From the NCBI RefSeq assembly GCF_009914755.1, contig NC_060938.1: a DNA stretch of 64,000 nucleotides. One strand, 5' to 3'. Below the pieces are notes generated by a model. That model worked only from the letters and a program-made list of their open reading frames with translations. It searched no databases and was not told where the DNA came from. The DNA comes from the human T2T-CHM13v2.0 reference genome, Homo sapiens. Shown one piece after another: positions 28,381 to 41,390 of the stretch. Made by a program: the position numbers and the translations under genes. Position 1 is the stretch's first letter; each line of letters begins with the position of its first letter.

Positions 28381-29040
28381 GATTTTGGTGTGGATGTGGT
28401 AAAAAGGGAGCACTTTTACACTGCTGGTGGGAAGGTAAATTAGTACAACCACAATGGAAAACTGTATAGAGATTCTTTAAAGAACTAGAAGTAGAACCAC
28501 CATTTGACCCAGCAATCCCACTACTGAGTATATACCCAGAGGAAAACAAGTTATTATATGAGAAAGATAAGCACATGCATGTTTATAACAGCACAAGTTG
28601 CAATTGCAAAAATATGGAACCAGCCTAATTGCCCCTCGGTGAACAAGTGGATAAAGAAAATGTGGTATATCTGCACAATGGAATACTACTCAACCAAAAA
28701 AGAAAAAAAAAATGACATTTACAGCAACCTGGATGGAGGTTGAAGACAATTATTCTATGTGAAGTAACTCATTGATGCAAAACCAAATATTGTAGGTTTT
28801 CCCTTATAAGTGGGGCCTAAGCTATGAGGACACAAAGGCATAAGAATGATATGATGGATTTTGGGGAATTGAGAGGAAGTTTGGGAGGGAAGTGAGGGAT
28901 AAAAGACTACACGCTGGGTACAATGTACACTGCTCAAGTGACGGGTTCACCAAAATCTTAGAAATCGCCACTGAAGAGCTTTTCCATGTAACCAAAAGCC
29001 ACCTGCTCCCAAAAGCCATTGAAATAAAATTTTTTAAAAA
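28379..29040 (+). mobile_element. L1PB 3' end
   Basis: gtggatgtggtaaaaagggagcacttttacactgctgg...ggctaagc-like gcctaagctatgaggacacaaaggcataagaatgat...ccaaaagccattgaaataaaa. Confidence 0.93.
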
Positions 29041-29183
29041 ATTACCTGTTGGATATTATGCTGATACCTGGGTGACAAAATTATCTGTACACCAATCCCC
29101 TATGACACATAATTTAGCCATGAAACAAACCTGCACATATAACCTTTGAGCCTAAGATAAACATTGGAAAGAAAAAAAAAAAA
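29041..29183 (+). mobile_element. L1PA13-16-like extreme 3' end with A-tail
   Basis: tacctgggtgacaaaattatctgtacaccaatcccctatgacac...aacaaacctgcacatataacc. Confidence 0.85.
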
Positions 29184-31278
29184 ACGGAGAGGAAAAATAG
29201 GCGAAAAGTAATCTAAACACTGTAAATGATGAGATTGGAATTGTCAAGAAAAGCTTAATGGGCACGCTTAATGGTGGAGGCAGGATTTGAGTGGGGTCTT
29301 GAAAGATGAGTAGGATGTAGATAGGCTAAAAGAAAGGAAAGAATTTGTATAACAAGCACAACATAAATGATCTGTGGCGGTAAATAAGCTTGATGCTCAC
29401 TAAAGCCATTGAGATTATCCTAGGAGGTAATTGTGGGCACTCCATTATTTTGCTGGCTGCAAATCCAAAGCAAAATGTTTTAAGAGATGCTTCCTGAACT
29501 TATTTTGCAATTCCTGCTCTGAATGCCCTGATGCCATAAAGTTATAGCAGTTGGAGCTATCTCACCTCTACCCTGCCTCCATTTGGTATACAATGCTATT
29601 TATCTAGATTTCTTGAAAGCTTTCTCTTACACACATCTTCAGAGTTCTCCAGGGGCCCTTCTGATGAAAAAGTTTTCTCACAGCTTGAGAAACAAACTCC
29701 AATTTGCCTTTTACTAAATAGTTCCAGTATGCCACGAGCTTTTGAAAGATATTTGTTCATGGATTATGTTCTGTAGAATACATGTTTCTATTTCACAGAA
29801 TATACTCCATGGACAAATAGGTTTGGAAAGCACTGCATACTACACCATCTTCTGAGATCAGTCTCCAATAATAGTAAGTCAATCAAAATTGAAGCAGAAA
29901 ACATATTAATATTCTCCAACTCATGGTCTCCTAAATTCATTTGATTATTGAACACCTTTCTGTTGTTTTTGAGGTTCTTTAAGAACTTTGCTTTCTAATT
30001 TATGGTTTATGAAAAGAAGCTTTAACTTCACCAAACAACCATAATCCATAGCACTTTTTCTAAGGAAAGCATTTTGCTTCTTAAATTACCACTAGACAAA
30101 ATCAGAGAGGGGTAAGTAGCTAATAATTCATCTGCATTGATATTTTGTGGGCATGTAATCAAATCAATTTATGTGTCACTGAAAAGCTATTAGTCTGTTT
30201 AATATCATCTCGCATTTTTGTATTATTTTAATTGGCCCATCTAGTAATCAACTATGAGAAAACCAATCCTATTAGGGAAAAAACTTGTGCATGCATTTTA
30301 CTTTTTAATGCGCCCCTAAAATTAAAGTTGAAGTTTAAATATCAAAAATATATTTCTCTACCTTTTTAATATCTATCTTCAAGTTATATGTTTAAATTGG
30401 TATTCTTTTATACTACGTATATTGTGTAACATTTTAAGGATTGATAGTTTTTCATAAATTAAGCTTAAATTTTCTTTTTCAATATGTAAATTCATTAAGA
30501 TCTCTTCTAGGTCAAGAGTTCTTCGATTTAGCCATATATACACTTGTAAAAGATTTCAAACAATTTTTTGAAGTGTAGTCATTAATGTATCTTTGTTTCA
30601 TATTAAAAAATTTGCTCTCTTCCAAAGACATGAAGTCTTACATTCGTATGAGTTTGGTCAAACTTGCTTTGTCTTGCTCATTATGTCTTGAAGTGTCCCC
30701 AAAGTTGCCAAAAACTTCATATATCCCATGTTGGGATCATCTCTTCTTTTTTTTCTAATTTGAGATTTCTAGCCTTTCTTTTGCCATTCAAATTCATTTT
30801 TAAATAAAAATACCTCCATTCTCAAATACTTGGAGAAATAATGATTTTTGATGTATTTTCTTTATATTTCTTTCAAAATTAATCATATACTACATTATAA
30901 ATCCTTTCCAGTTCATATTTGGGAGACATTATTAGAGAATCAATATTTGTTGAGACAAGAATCATGATAGTGATATCATCCAAAAATGTCCCAGAAATCC
31001 TTCTATACCTTGGAAGTATATAGATGTAAAATCTGGGGCCCTAAAACTTGCCTAATATCAGGCAGCTGAAAGGAGCAGAGCCCTGCTTGTAATTCAAGTT
31101 TGTCTAAGTCCAAGTATGTGATCATATTTCTGTAAAATAATGCCTTATTTTATTAATAAAATGCTAAGGATGACTCAATTTAGTATTAACCAAGGAAATA
31201 TTACTTGTCAGACTTTCCAGATAATTCCTTAATAACCCAACTAAGACCACAATGGCTAAGTGCTACGCCACATAAGGT

Positions 31279-31306
<28 letters not shown>
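31279..31306. repeat. (TG)14 microsatellite
   Basis: Read directly; a second (TG)n lies at 31542-31562. Confidence 0.95.
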
Positions 31307-31310
<4 letters not shown>

Positions 31311-31699
31311 CACTCACCTATAAGATGCATGTGCATGTGTGTGCATATATAGAGAGAAATAAATATTAGCTGATATTAGAAAAAAGGAAATGATATCACC
31401 CTTATCAACAGATGTTAGCTAATTGCTAAATATGATAATTTGTGTTTTGATACACAATAAATTTGAATTAGCAAATATATTATTTTTGTTTGACTTTTTT
31501 TCTATTTGGGGAAGGTTATCATATTGATTTCTTAACTAGTTTGTGTGTGTGTGTGTGTGTGTATAAGAAATACTGACAGACGTTATCATCATTTAACAAA
31601 CAAGAAAACATGCACGGTTTTCAAAGTTGGCTAACCCTGAAAGAAGGACACGTAAATAGATACTCAATAGTCTCAGCTTAATGTAAATTTGTAGATGAG

Positions 31700-32590
31700 A
31701 AAAAGTGATGTAAAGTTGTTACACTAAAGAGTAAAGTTTGGAGCTGACAATTAAATAGGGTCCCGAGGAATGGGAAGGAGTTATTCAGAGACTTCACTGA
31801 AAACAACTCTGCTCAGGTGGAATGACAGATGTCAAGAGCTTACAAAAAACTACCTTGGCCTGTTTAAAGGACATAAAGAAAACCAGCATCTTAAGCTGCA
31901 GTGAGCAAGAAGGGGAGTGATAAGAAGCATGATGAAAAAATTGGCACTCTAGATCTTGTTGGGACTGGTAGGATATAATCAGTTTTGTTGTATTTTGTAC
32001 ACAATGGTCACCCTGAAGGTTTCCAAAAGGGAAAACAATATAATCTGATTTACATTTTATAACTATTACTCTGGCTAAATGTAGAAACCTGATTACAGGA
32101 GGTATGGCATAAACAGTAGTTTCAACCAAATATTCAATTTGTTATATTTCTTGGAGCCGAATAGGGTCATGTCACTTGTGGGCTCAGTCAGCAAAGATTC
32201 TGCAAATAGTTCTCTATTCTTCACTTCTAATGGTGTGGCAATAGAGGAGGTGAAGTCTCGGTCATTCTGAGACTCTAAATGACTATGTGCAGCAGAGTCT
32301 CTTGAAAATTTATATGAGACATAATACATGAGCATGAAATAAATACTAGTTGGGTTAAGCTATTGCAATTTAAGGATTGTTGGCAACTGCAGCGTAACCA
32401 AACATACAGATAATACAAAGAGCAAATTGGAAAGAAGAAAGCAAGACAACTGTCATACTAGTCCAAGTGAGAAACAATCTTGAATTATAGTGGTTGCAGT
32501 GTAAGAAGGTCAAAGTAAAGTGAATTTAAATTGCATTTTTTGTAGGTAAACCACACAAAACTAGTGGGTGGATTGGATTGGGTTGATAAG
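31700..32590 (-). mobile_element. L2 fragments with an old MLT1-like LTR piece (~32120-32420) between them
   Basis: aatctgatttacattttataactattactctggcta (L2-like); gttgggttaagctattgcaatttaaggattgttggcaactgcagcgtaacc (MLT1 3' end-like). Confidence 0.55.
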
Positions 32591-32619
32591 TGGTTCCTAT
32601 GTGGAATGAGTTTGTTTCA

Positions 32620-33050
32620 TGAATAGTCTATTGAAGTCTCAGGTCGATTCCTACACTGTTCTCTGCTATCACTTCTGTTAGAGGAGCTAAAAGCCTGGAA
32701 ACTACATTTTCTAGACTCTCTTGCCATTGGGGTTCCAGTTTATGCTCTGCAAATGAAAAACTCCTGTTGACGATTTAAACAAAAATTGAAGAGATGGAGA
32801 GTTGCATTGGCATTAGTGGGCAGGCATGAGGAATTTGGAAGACAGCAGGTAATAGATTTTGCCAGTAGCTTTCCAGTGTCAAAATGTGAATCAACCCACT
32901 TAAAACTAAGACCTTTATTTGGTTTCATCTGTGATTTCTGTACTTCAAAATTTCTGAAATGCTATCAGCAGTTCCCCTGACCTTTATAGCCTTGGCTCTT
33001 CCAACAACGTCATAGCCTTCCCAGAGCTGATTCCATTTTCCACACTATTT
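32620..33050 (+). mobile_element. LTR33-like ERVL LTR
   Basis: ggagctaaaagcctggaaactacattttctagactctcttgccattggggttcc resembles the LTR33 motif. Confidence 0.6.
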
Positions 33051-33069
33051 GTTATTCAGTATAATATAG

Positions 33070-33230
33070 CATACTACTATTTTACAACAAGTCATCTCAG
33101 TAGTTAGAGGAAACCATGACACAGAAAGTTAAGGACATTGTCTATAACCTTTCATTATAATTGGTATAACTGGCCCATAAACCTAGTTCATGACTTGTGA
33201 TTCATAAGTTGTGGTCTTTCTACTATAGCC
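33070..33230 (-). mobile_element. MIR
   Basis: gaggaaaccatgacacagaaagttaaggacattgtct...ggtctttctactatagc. Confidence 0.5.
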
Positions 33231-34078
33231 TAACTCTCTAAATCTTAATATTCTCTGACTTAAAATGGGATTTTAAAAATTCTCTTGTAAACCTTAGAGC
33301 TGTGATTGACATTATTAGATTTTTTGCTATCGTTTTCTGGCAGTGAAATTTCTGCTTATGAGGAAAATAACGCAACACTTACTGGTTCACTTTTCTTGGT
33401 ACATTTTTATTTCAATGTCTTTTCCATCTGATTGCCATTTAGCATAATGCTACAAAATCAAATTTCACAATTTGAAACTCTTTGAATTTGTTGGTTTAGC
33501 TTACAGATAAATGATACTATGCAGAACTGCTGCTATGAATCAAATAACACTACTGTAGGAAATGAGAAAATAGACATTATTAAAGAAGTGAGGAAAAAGA
33601 GAGTTAAAAGAACTGACTTTTGAGTCAAATGCCTTTTACTACAGAGTGAGGAACATTAGGGAAATGCCTAAGGTAAGCAAAATATTACAGCTGTAGATTT
33701 TTTTTTCTGCAATAATAGTGTGCTCAAATATCCTAGGAACATATTTTTTAAACTTATCAACATAAATTAACTTTCTTCTTTCTTTTTCAAATTCAAAAAT
33801 GTCTTTTTTATTTAAGACAAGTCTCAGGAATAAAGGAATGGACAACTGCATGGTTCAAAATAATTGATTAGAAAATGCAAAGATTCAGACAAACATACAC
33901 TTAGATACAGACACCATGGGTAAATAGGACACATGGATACAAAAATAGAAGAAAACAGATCATGTTTTATGTTTTATTAAGTGGCTAACATGTTTGCATT
34001 CCACACCCACAATTGAACTGTGAAATCCTAATAGGCAGAAGATACATTTAAGCACAGTTCTATTTGGAGCATATACAT

Positions 34079-34328
34079 TGTATTAGTCTGCTCAGGCTGC
34101 CATAACTACATACCAATGACTGTGTAGCTTAAATAACAGAAACTTATGTTTTTACAGTTTCGCAGGCTTGAAGTCCAAGAATAAGTTGCCACCAGCAGTG
34201 TTGGTTTCTGGTGAGGCCTCTCTTCCTGGCTTGTAGGCAGCTGCCTTTTTACTGTGTCCTTACGTGGCCTTTTCATGATGTGTGCAGAAAGAGAGAGACC
34301 TCTGGTGCCTCTTTCTGTTTGTATAAGG
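34079..34328 (-). mobile_element. MLT1A0-like LTR, partial
   Basis: tgtattagtctgctcaggctgccataac...ttggtttctggtgaggcctctcttcctggcttgtag. Confidence 0.9.
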
Positions 34329-34860
34329 TCAGATTTGTGAATGAAGATAGTACTTAGTTTATCTCATGTTGGGCACATTCTCATCCACTCAAAATATAAT
34401 TGAAGAAAAAACTGAACAGAATAGTATTGAAATACAATGCCTCTGATCTCTGAAGATAAGAGGTATTTCTAGCCTTTGACAAAAGCCTGGATCAGTGTAT
34501 GTAAAAATTAGAATATCCTTTCAATAATTTCCAATTAAAAAACTGTACAATATACTGAGAAAGGAGATGACAAAAGATATGATGTTTAAAAAGCAGAAAA
34601 TTAATAAGCAAGCACACAGAAAACTAGTCCTCCTTATTGACAATGAAAAAGATAAAATCTATACCTTATTTCTCACCTATAAAAATCAAAGTGCAGACAA
34701 TAAAAGGAGTGTCTTTATACATTGCTGTGCTGGATGTACATAAGAATTATGACTTTGGAAAACATAATAGCAATGTATATTGGTGCCTTAAAGTTTTAGC
34801 CCCCATCAATCTGGTTTTGCTAATTCTGAGAAGAAATAACGAGTAAAACTGTAAGGGCAG

Positions 34861-35373
34861 TGCAGTAGACTGAAAAACCACCTCCAAAGATATCCCAATC
34901 GCTGGAAATTTTAAATGTTACCTTGTGCGGCAGAGACTTTGCAAATGTGAAGTCAAGGATCTTGAGGTTTGGATATTAACCTGAATTATCTGGTGAGTCC
35001 TACATGCTCTCTGAAGTGTATTCTTTATAAGAGCAAGGCAATGGAAGATTCAGCAGAAACACACACACAAGAACAGAGGAGAAGGTGATGTGGAGGTGGA
35101 GCAGAGCGAGATTAAAAAATGTTGACATTGAAGACTGCAGTGATGTGGCGACAAGCAAGGAATGACAGCGCCCACCAGATGTTGGAAGAGGTTACCTGCA
35201 AGTCCTCTCCTAGAGCCTCCGGAGGCAGCAGTGCCCTGCTTGCCCCTTGACTTCAGCTCACTGATACTGATTTTGGACTTCTGGCCCCCAGAAGTGTAAA
35301 ATAATAAATTTGGGTTGTTTTAAGTTAGCAAGTGTGTGGTAATTGATAACAGTGGGCACAGCAAACTAGTACA
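34861..35373 (+). mobile_element. MLT1C/D-like LTR inside a degenerate L1ME (~34380-35640)
   Basis: gactttgcaaatgtgaagtcaaggatcttgagg...ctagagcctccggagg...ttttggacttctggcccccagaagtgtaa...aaactagtaca. Confidence 0.88.
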
Positions 35374-35819
35374 TTTTGATAAAAATGTTCATCACAACAT
35401 CAGTTATAAAAGTAAAAAGAAAAAAAAAGTCAAAGAGTTCAAATTCCAAAACTATATAAATGGTTAAATTAGTTATGGTACATTTGTCCAGTTGGATATT
35501 ATTCTGCCAGTAGGAGTAAAATTTGTAATGCATTTTAAATGACAGAAAATACCCATAATTAGTAATAAAATTGACAAAATCTATGTAACAGTAATTTCAA
35601 ATGGTAAAAAGAAATAAAACACTATTTATTATAATAACCATTTTCTAACTAGATGGAAATTAATAATGGGCTAGTGTGATGCTCTCCAACCCAATTTTGG
35701 AGGTGCCTTAGATGTTGAAAGTTCAGTGTATGAACTGGGAAATCTCTGAGAAACGTGTGGGGTAAGGGAAGTAGCATGCAAGCGACACATTTTGCCTACC
35801 CTCTAGAGGATCAGTTCCA

Positions 35820-36710
35820 GTGTGCCATCACTGTACAATTTGCAGGTGCTGGGGTTTCCAAGAAAGACACAAGTCACACAAGCACTGGGTGAATCAATAG
35901 AGAAAACACAGAGAAAGATCTTCAGTAGTGACCACCAGTCCCCTGTGACCAGCAGGTCCTGGCTCATTGCCATCTCAGGGACATATTCTGCATGCATCCC
36001 TCTTGTGCTGCAAGTGAAGAACCCTATTGCCTCCCTGCCAGGAACGGATATAGCAGCGAGGATGGCCACGTGTCATATGACACACACCCATCAGCAAAAC
36101 AAAGGAGTACACATCCAGACAGAGAAAGGTCCTTCCAAACAAGGTCACGTGCAGAGCACAGTCTATGAGGACTCCTCATTTCTTTATAAGAAAATGTCTC
36201 AGGCCTGGCGCTGTGGTTCACACCTGTAATCCTAGCACTTTGGGAGGCCGCGGTGGGTGGATCACCTGAGGTCAGGAGTTCGAGACCAGCCTGACCAACA
36301 TGGGGGAAATCCCATCTCTACTAAAAATACAAAATTAGCTGGGTGTAGTGGCGCATGCCTGTAATCCCAGCTACTCAGGAGGCTGAGGGTGGAGAATCAC
36401 TTGAACCCAGGAGGCGGAGGTTGTGGTGAGCCTAGACTGTGCCATTGCACTCCAGCCTGGGCAACAAGAGTGTAACTCCATCTCAAAAACAAAAACAAAA
36501 ACAAAAAAAGAAAGAAAATGTCTCAGGCCCAAGGCCACACTTATGCTACTGTGCAAGGGACAAGAAGCTGCTCGTCATTGCCTTCTCAGCAGGAAGGCAG
36601 TCTTGACTTATCATTTTAAGGGTGCAACAACTCAGTGCTAAAGAGGTCATCTATCACAACTACGTGATGGCTGAGAGAGCATTGGCTTGTATTCTGTTCT
36701 CTCTGCCACA
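35820..36710 (-). mobile_element. putative ancient LTR of unidentified family, split by AluSp
   Basis: GC-richer block ending ctctgccaca (TG start on the minus strand); family not recognised with certainty. Confidence 0.35.
36202..36511 (+). mobile_element. AluSp-like, full length
   Basis: ctgaccaacatgg, gggcaacaagagtg; TSD aagaaaatgtctca at 36188-36201 and 36512-36525. Confidence 0.96.
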
Positions 36711-36989
36711 TAGTACGGGACACATCCCTCCCTGCCCTTTACCACTTTAAGTGAAGAAAACCAGCAGAACTAGCCTAATATCCTTGGGGTCAAGAGTGCA
36801 TCCAAAAAAGAGCACAGACACCTGGACAGCATGAGAAGGATATTGACAGATGAAGTCTAATTGTCAGCTTCAATAAAGGAAGGACTGAACTCAGAGGGGA
36901 GCAACTACAGAGGAATTAATAGGGAAGGCTTTGCAGAAGGGGTCTGGCAAACTATTGAGAGCACAGCACAACAAAGTTGCTAAAGGCAG

Positions 36990-37788
36990 TGACATAGTTT
37001 TTATATTTGTCCCCTCCAAATATCATGTTGAAATGTGATCCACAGTATTATATGGGGGGCCTGGTGAGAGGTATTTGGATCATGGGGGCATATCCCGCAA
37101 AAAGGGCTTAGTGCTTTATATGGTTTAACTATGTTCCCACCAAAATCTCATCTTGAATTGTAGCTTCCATAATTCCCTTATGTCATGGGAGGGACCTAGT
37201 GGGAGATAATTGAATCATGGGGGTGGTTTCCCACATGCTGCTCTCATGGTAGTGAATAAGTCTCATGAGATCTGATGGTTTTATAAGAGGAAACCCCTTT
37301 CATTTGGCTTTCATTCTCTTCTCTTGTCTGCCACCATGTGAGCTGTGCCTTTCACATTCCACCATGATTGTGAGGCCTCCCCAGCCACATGGAACTGTGA
37401 GTCCATTAAACCTCTTTCTTTTGTAAATTTTCCAATCTCGGGTAGGTTTTTATCAGCAGTGTGAAAATGGACTAATACAGTGCTGTTCTTCCGGTAATGA
37501 CTGAGTTCTCTATTTGTTCACACAACATTTGGCTGTTCTCTATTTGTTCCCACATGATCTGGCTGTTCCTCTCTTTTCCCTCTTGCTTCCTTCCTCTTCA
37601 GCATGTGATGCCTGCTCCCCTTTACCTTCCAACATGAGCGGAAGCTCTCTGAAGCTTCCACTAGAAGCAGGTGCTGGTGCCATGCTTCTTGCACATCCTG
37701 TATAACTGTGAGCTAAATAAACCTATTTTCTTTATAAATTACCCAACCTCAAGTATCCCTTTATAGTAATGCAAAACAGATTAATAAG
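36990..37788 (+). mobile_element. MSTB-like LTR split by THE1
   Basis: tgacatagtttttatatttgtcccctccaaatatcatgttgaaatgtgatcc...gcaggtgctggtgccatgcttcttg...aataaacctattttctttataaattaccc. Confidence 0.9.
37116..37479 (+). mobile_element. THE1C-like solo LTR nested in MST
   Basis: Ends gaaaatggactaataca; TSD GTGCT at 37111-37115 and 37480-37484. Confidence 0.95.
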
Positions 37789-37939
37789 GGCAAGTTGTAG
37801 AGCTTCTGCAGCTACTATGAAATCATGACCTCCTTTAAATCTACTAGCATCCACAAAAAACAGAACCAGAGATGTGCCCCTCTATTCTGTTGATGAAAGC
37901 AGATAACTAAACTCATACTAGGGATCATATAAATAAATT

Positions 37940-38165
37940 CACAATATTAACATGGTCAGTTTGGTTTGCAGGATGTATCTGAGAAAAAAAAGGATTTTTT
38001 TGCTTTTGGTTTATAAAAAAGTTTAAAATATTCACAAAATCAATAAATTATAAGGGAAAAAACATAATTATGGGTATTAAAGATTTGCTATGGGAAAAAT
38101 GAATACAATATAAACCCATATGCAGTACTAAAAAACACAAAGCAACACACTATTTGCACATATAG
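37940..38165 (+). repeat. dispersed direct repeat, copy 1 (copy 2 at 43338-43579)
   Basis: Colinear similarity with a perfect 40-bp core aacataattatgggtattaaagatttgctatgggaaaaat (38061-38100 = 43472-43511). Confidence 0.93.
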
Positions 38166-38167
38166 CA

Positions 38168-40080
38168 ATGTGCCTAGAAATCCCTAGAGACTCATCCAAA
38201 AAGCTACTAGTTCTGATAAATGAATTCAGTAAAGTTTCAGGATGCAAAATCAACATACACAAATCAGAAGCACTGCTATACACCAACAATGACCAAGCTG
38301 AGAATCAAACCAATAACTCAACCCCTTTTTCAATAGCTGCAGAAAAAAATACTTAGGAATATACCTAACCAAGGAGTTGAAAGACCTCTACAAGGAAAAC
38401 TACAAAACACTGCTGAAAGAAATCATAGACGACACAAACAAATGGAAACACATCCCATGCTCATGGATGGGTAGAATCAATATTGTGAAAATGACCACAC
38501 TGCCAAAAGAAATCTACAAATTCAATGCAATCCCCATCAAAATACTATCATCATTCTTCAGAATTAGAAGAATACTATCATCATATCAGAATTAGAAAAA
38601 AAGAATTATGAAATTCACATGGAACCAAAAAAGAGTCTGCATAGCCAAAGCAAGACAAAGCAAAAGGAACATATCTGGAGGCATCACATTACCTGATTTC
38701 AAACTATACTATAAGGCCATAGTCACCAAAACAGTGTGGTACTGGTATAAAAATAGGCACATAGACCAATGGAACAGAGTAGAGAACCCAGAAATAAAGG
38801 CAAATACTTACAGCCAACTGATCTTTGACAAAGCAAACAAAAACATAAAGTGGGGAAAAGATACCCTATTCAACAAATGGTGTTGGGATAATTGGCAGAA
38901 GAATAAAACTGGATTCTTACCTCTCACCTTATAAAAAATCAACTCAAGGTGGATCAAAGACATGAATCTAAGACCTGAAACCATAAAAATTCTAGAAGAT
39001 AACATCAGAAAAAAACCCTTCTAGACATTGGCTTAGGCAAAAACTTTATGAACAAGAACCAAAAAGCAAATACAACAAAACCAAAGATAAATAGATGGGA
39101 CTTAATTAAACTAAAACTGAATTAAACTGTAAATAGAGTAAACAGACAACCCACAGACTGGGAGAAGATCTTCACAAAATATGTATCTGACAAAGGACTA
39201 ATATCCATAGTCTACAAGGAACTCAAAAAATCAGCCAGAAAAAAATCAAACAATCCCATCAAAATGTGAGCTAAAGACATAAATAGGCAATTCTCAAAAG
39301 AAGATATACAAATGGACAACAAATATATGAAAAAATGCTCAACATCACTCATTGTCAGAGAAATACAAATCAAAATCACAATGTAATACTACCCTCTTCC
39401 TGCAAGAATAGCCATAACCAAAAAATCAAAAATAACAGATATTGGCATGAATATGGTGAAAAAGGAACACTTGTACACTGCCAGTGGGAATGTAAACCAG
39501 TACAACCACTGCAGAAAACAGTGTGGAGATTCCTTAAAGAACTAAAAGTAAACCTACCATTTGATCCAGCAATACCACTACTAGGTATCTACCCAGGGGA
39601 AAAGAAGTCATCATATGAAAAAAGTACTTGCACATGCATGTTTATAGCAGCACAATTCACAATTACAAAAACATGGAATCAGCCCAAATGCCCATCAATC
39701 ACTGAGTGGATAAAGAAGCTATGGTATATATATACTATGGAATACTACTTGGCCATAGAAAGGAATGAAATAATGGCATTCACAGCAACCTGGATGGATT
39801 TGGAGACTATTATTTCAAGTGAAGTAACTCAGGAATGGAAAACCAAACATTATATGTTCTCACTTATTAGTTTTATGCAAAAACATAAGAATATACAATG
39901 GACTTTGGGGACTCAGGGGAAAGTGTGAAAGTGGGTGAGAGATGAAAGAATACACATTGGATGCAGTGTACACTGCTCCAGTGATGGGTGAACCAAAATC
40001 TCAAAAATCACCGCTGAAGAACTTATGCTTACAAGTGAACACCACCTGTTCCCCAAAATCTGTTGAAATAAAATAAAATA
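38168..40080 (+). mobile_element. L1PB (L1PB1-like), 5'-truncated
   Basis: ORF2 fragments [38 protein letters not shown] and [14 protein letters not shown]; L1PB 3' UTR caccacctgttccccaaaatctgttgaaataaaa. Confidence 0.96.
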
Positions 40081-40547
40081 ATTAGAGCTTAAAAAAGTGT
40101 CAACTAGTAACACAAGGCACTGACACAAATTACAAAACATTACCGAACACTGCAAACTGATGCCAGCCAGAAATTACTGGTATGTCTGAAACAGTGATTT
40201 TTTAAACTAATTATCAGTCTCCCTGATATTCGCATAGAAAAAAATATTTTCACAGACAAAGATAAACTGTTACTGAACAGCTTGCTATGAAAAAGAATAT
40301 TGATTATATTAAGGAGGATGTGGAGTTAAAAATAAAGACTCCAGTGGAAATACTTGATATTAAAACACACTATTTTTTAACAAAGAAGCTATTAAATTGA
40401 AAAATATAGCCATAAAACACACCAGTAAAATGGAAGATTACATTTAGAAAATTTCCCAAACGTCAATGTGAAGAAACAAGGCCATAATTCAAAAGTATAC
40501 ATACATATGGAGAGAGAGAAAGAGTAACAGTCTAGAAGTATTGGTGT

Positions 40548-40938
<391 letters not shown>

Positions 40939-41390
40939 TTAACATTATTAAATAAAGAAGAAAATCCTTAGAAAACGTGTGGAGAGAAAAATATAATAGA
41001 AAAGGAAATGCATACCTAGATATAATATAGTTAAATACGTTTATCGGAACAGAAGAAAAATAGAGTTGCTGGAAATTAGACACAGATTTCTTACAAAGAA
41101 TAACATTAATACTTAAGGTAACTAAATAAAGAGTATTATTTTCAAATAGGTGTAAACTTAACTTTGACCTTAGTATTTTATCAACACATACAAAGTTTCA
41201 AAAGTTTTACTATAAAAAGACAATCTTGGGTGAAAATAAAAACACTTTTAGATGAAGATCTCCACTAGGAAGACAAACACGTCCTATACAGGGCTAAGAG
41301 ATAAAAATAAATGAATATAATACATAACCTATAAAAGTTTATTGTGGTAAAATAAGAAGAAGCAAGGGAGGGAGGAAGGAAGGAAGGGAG

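Noticed and set aside
39335-39928. 197-aa ORF
   Set aside because: Frameshifted L1PB ORF2 C-terminus (…[13 protein letters not shown]…), not a host gene.
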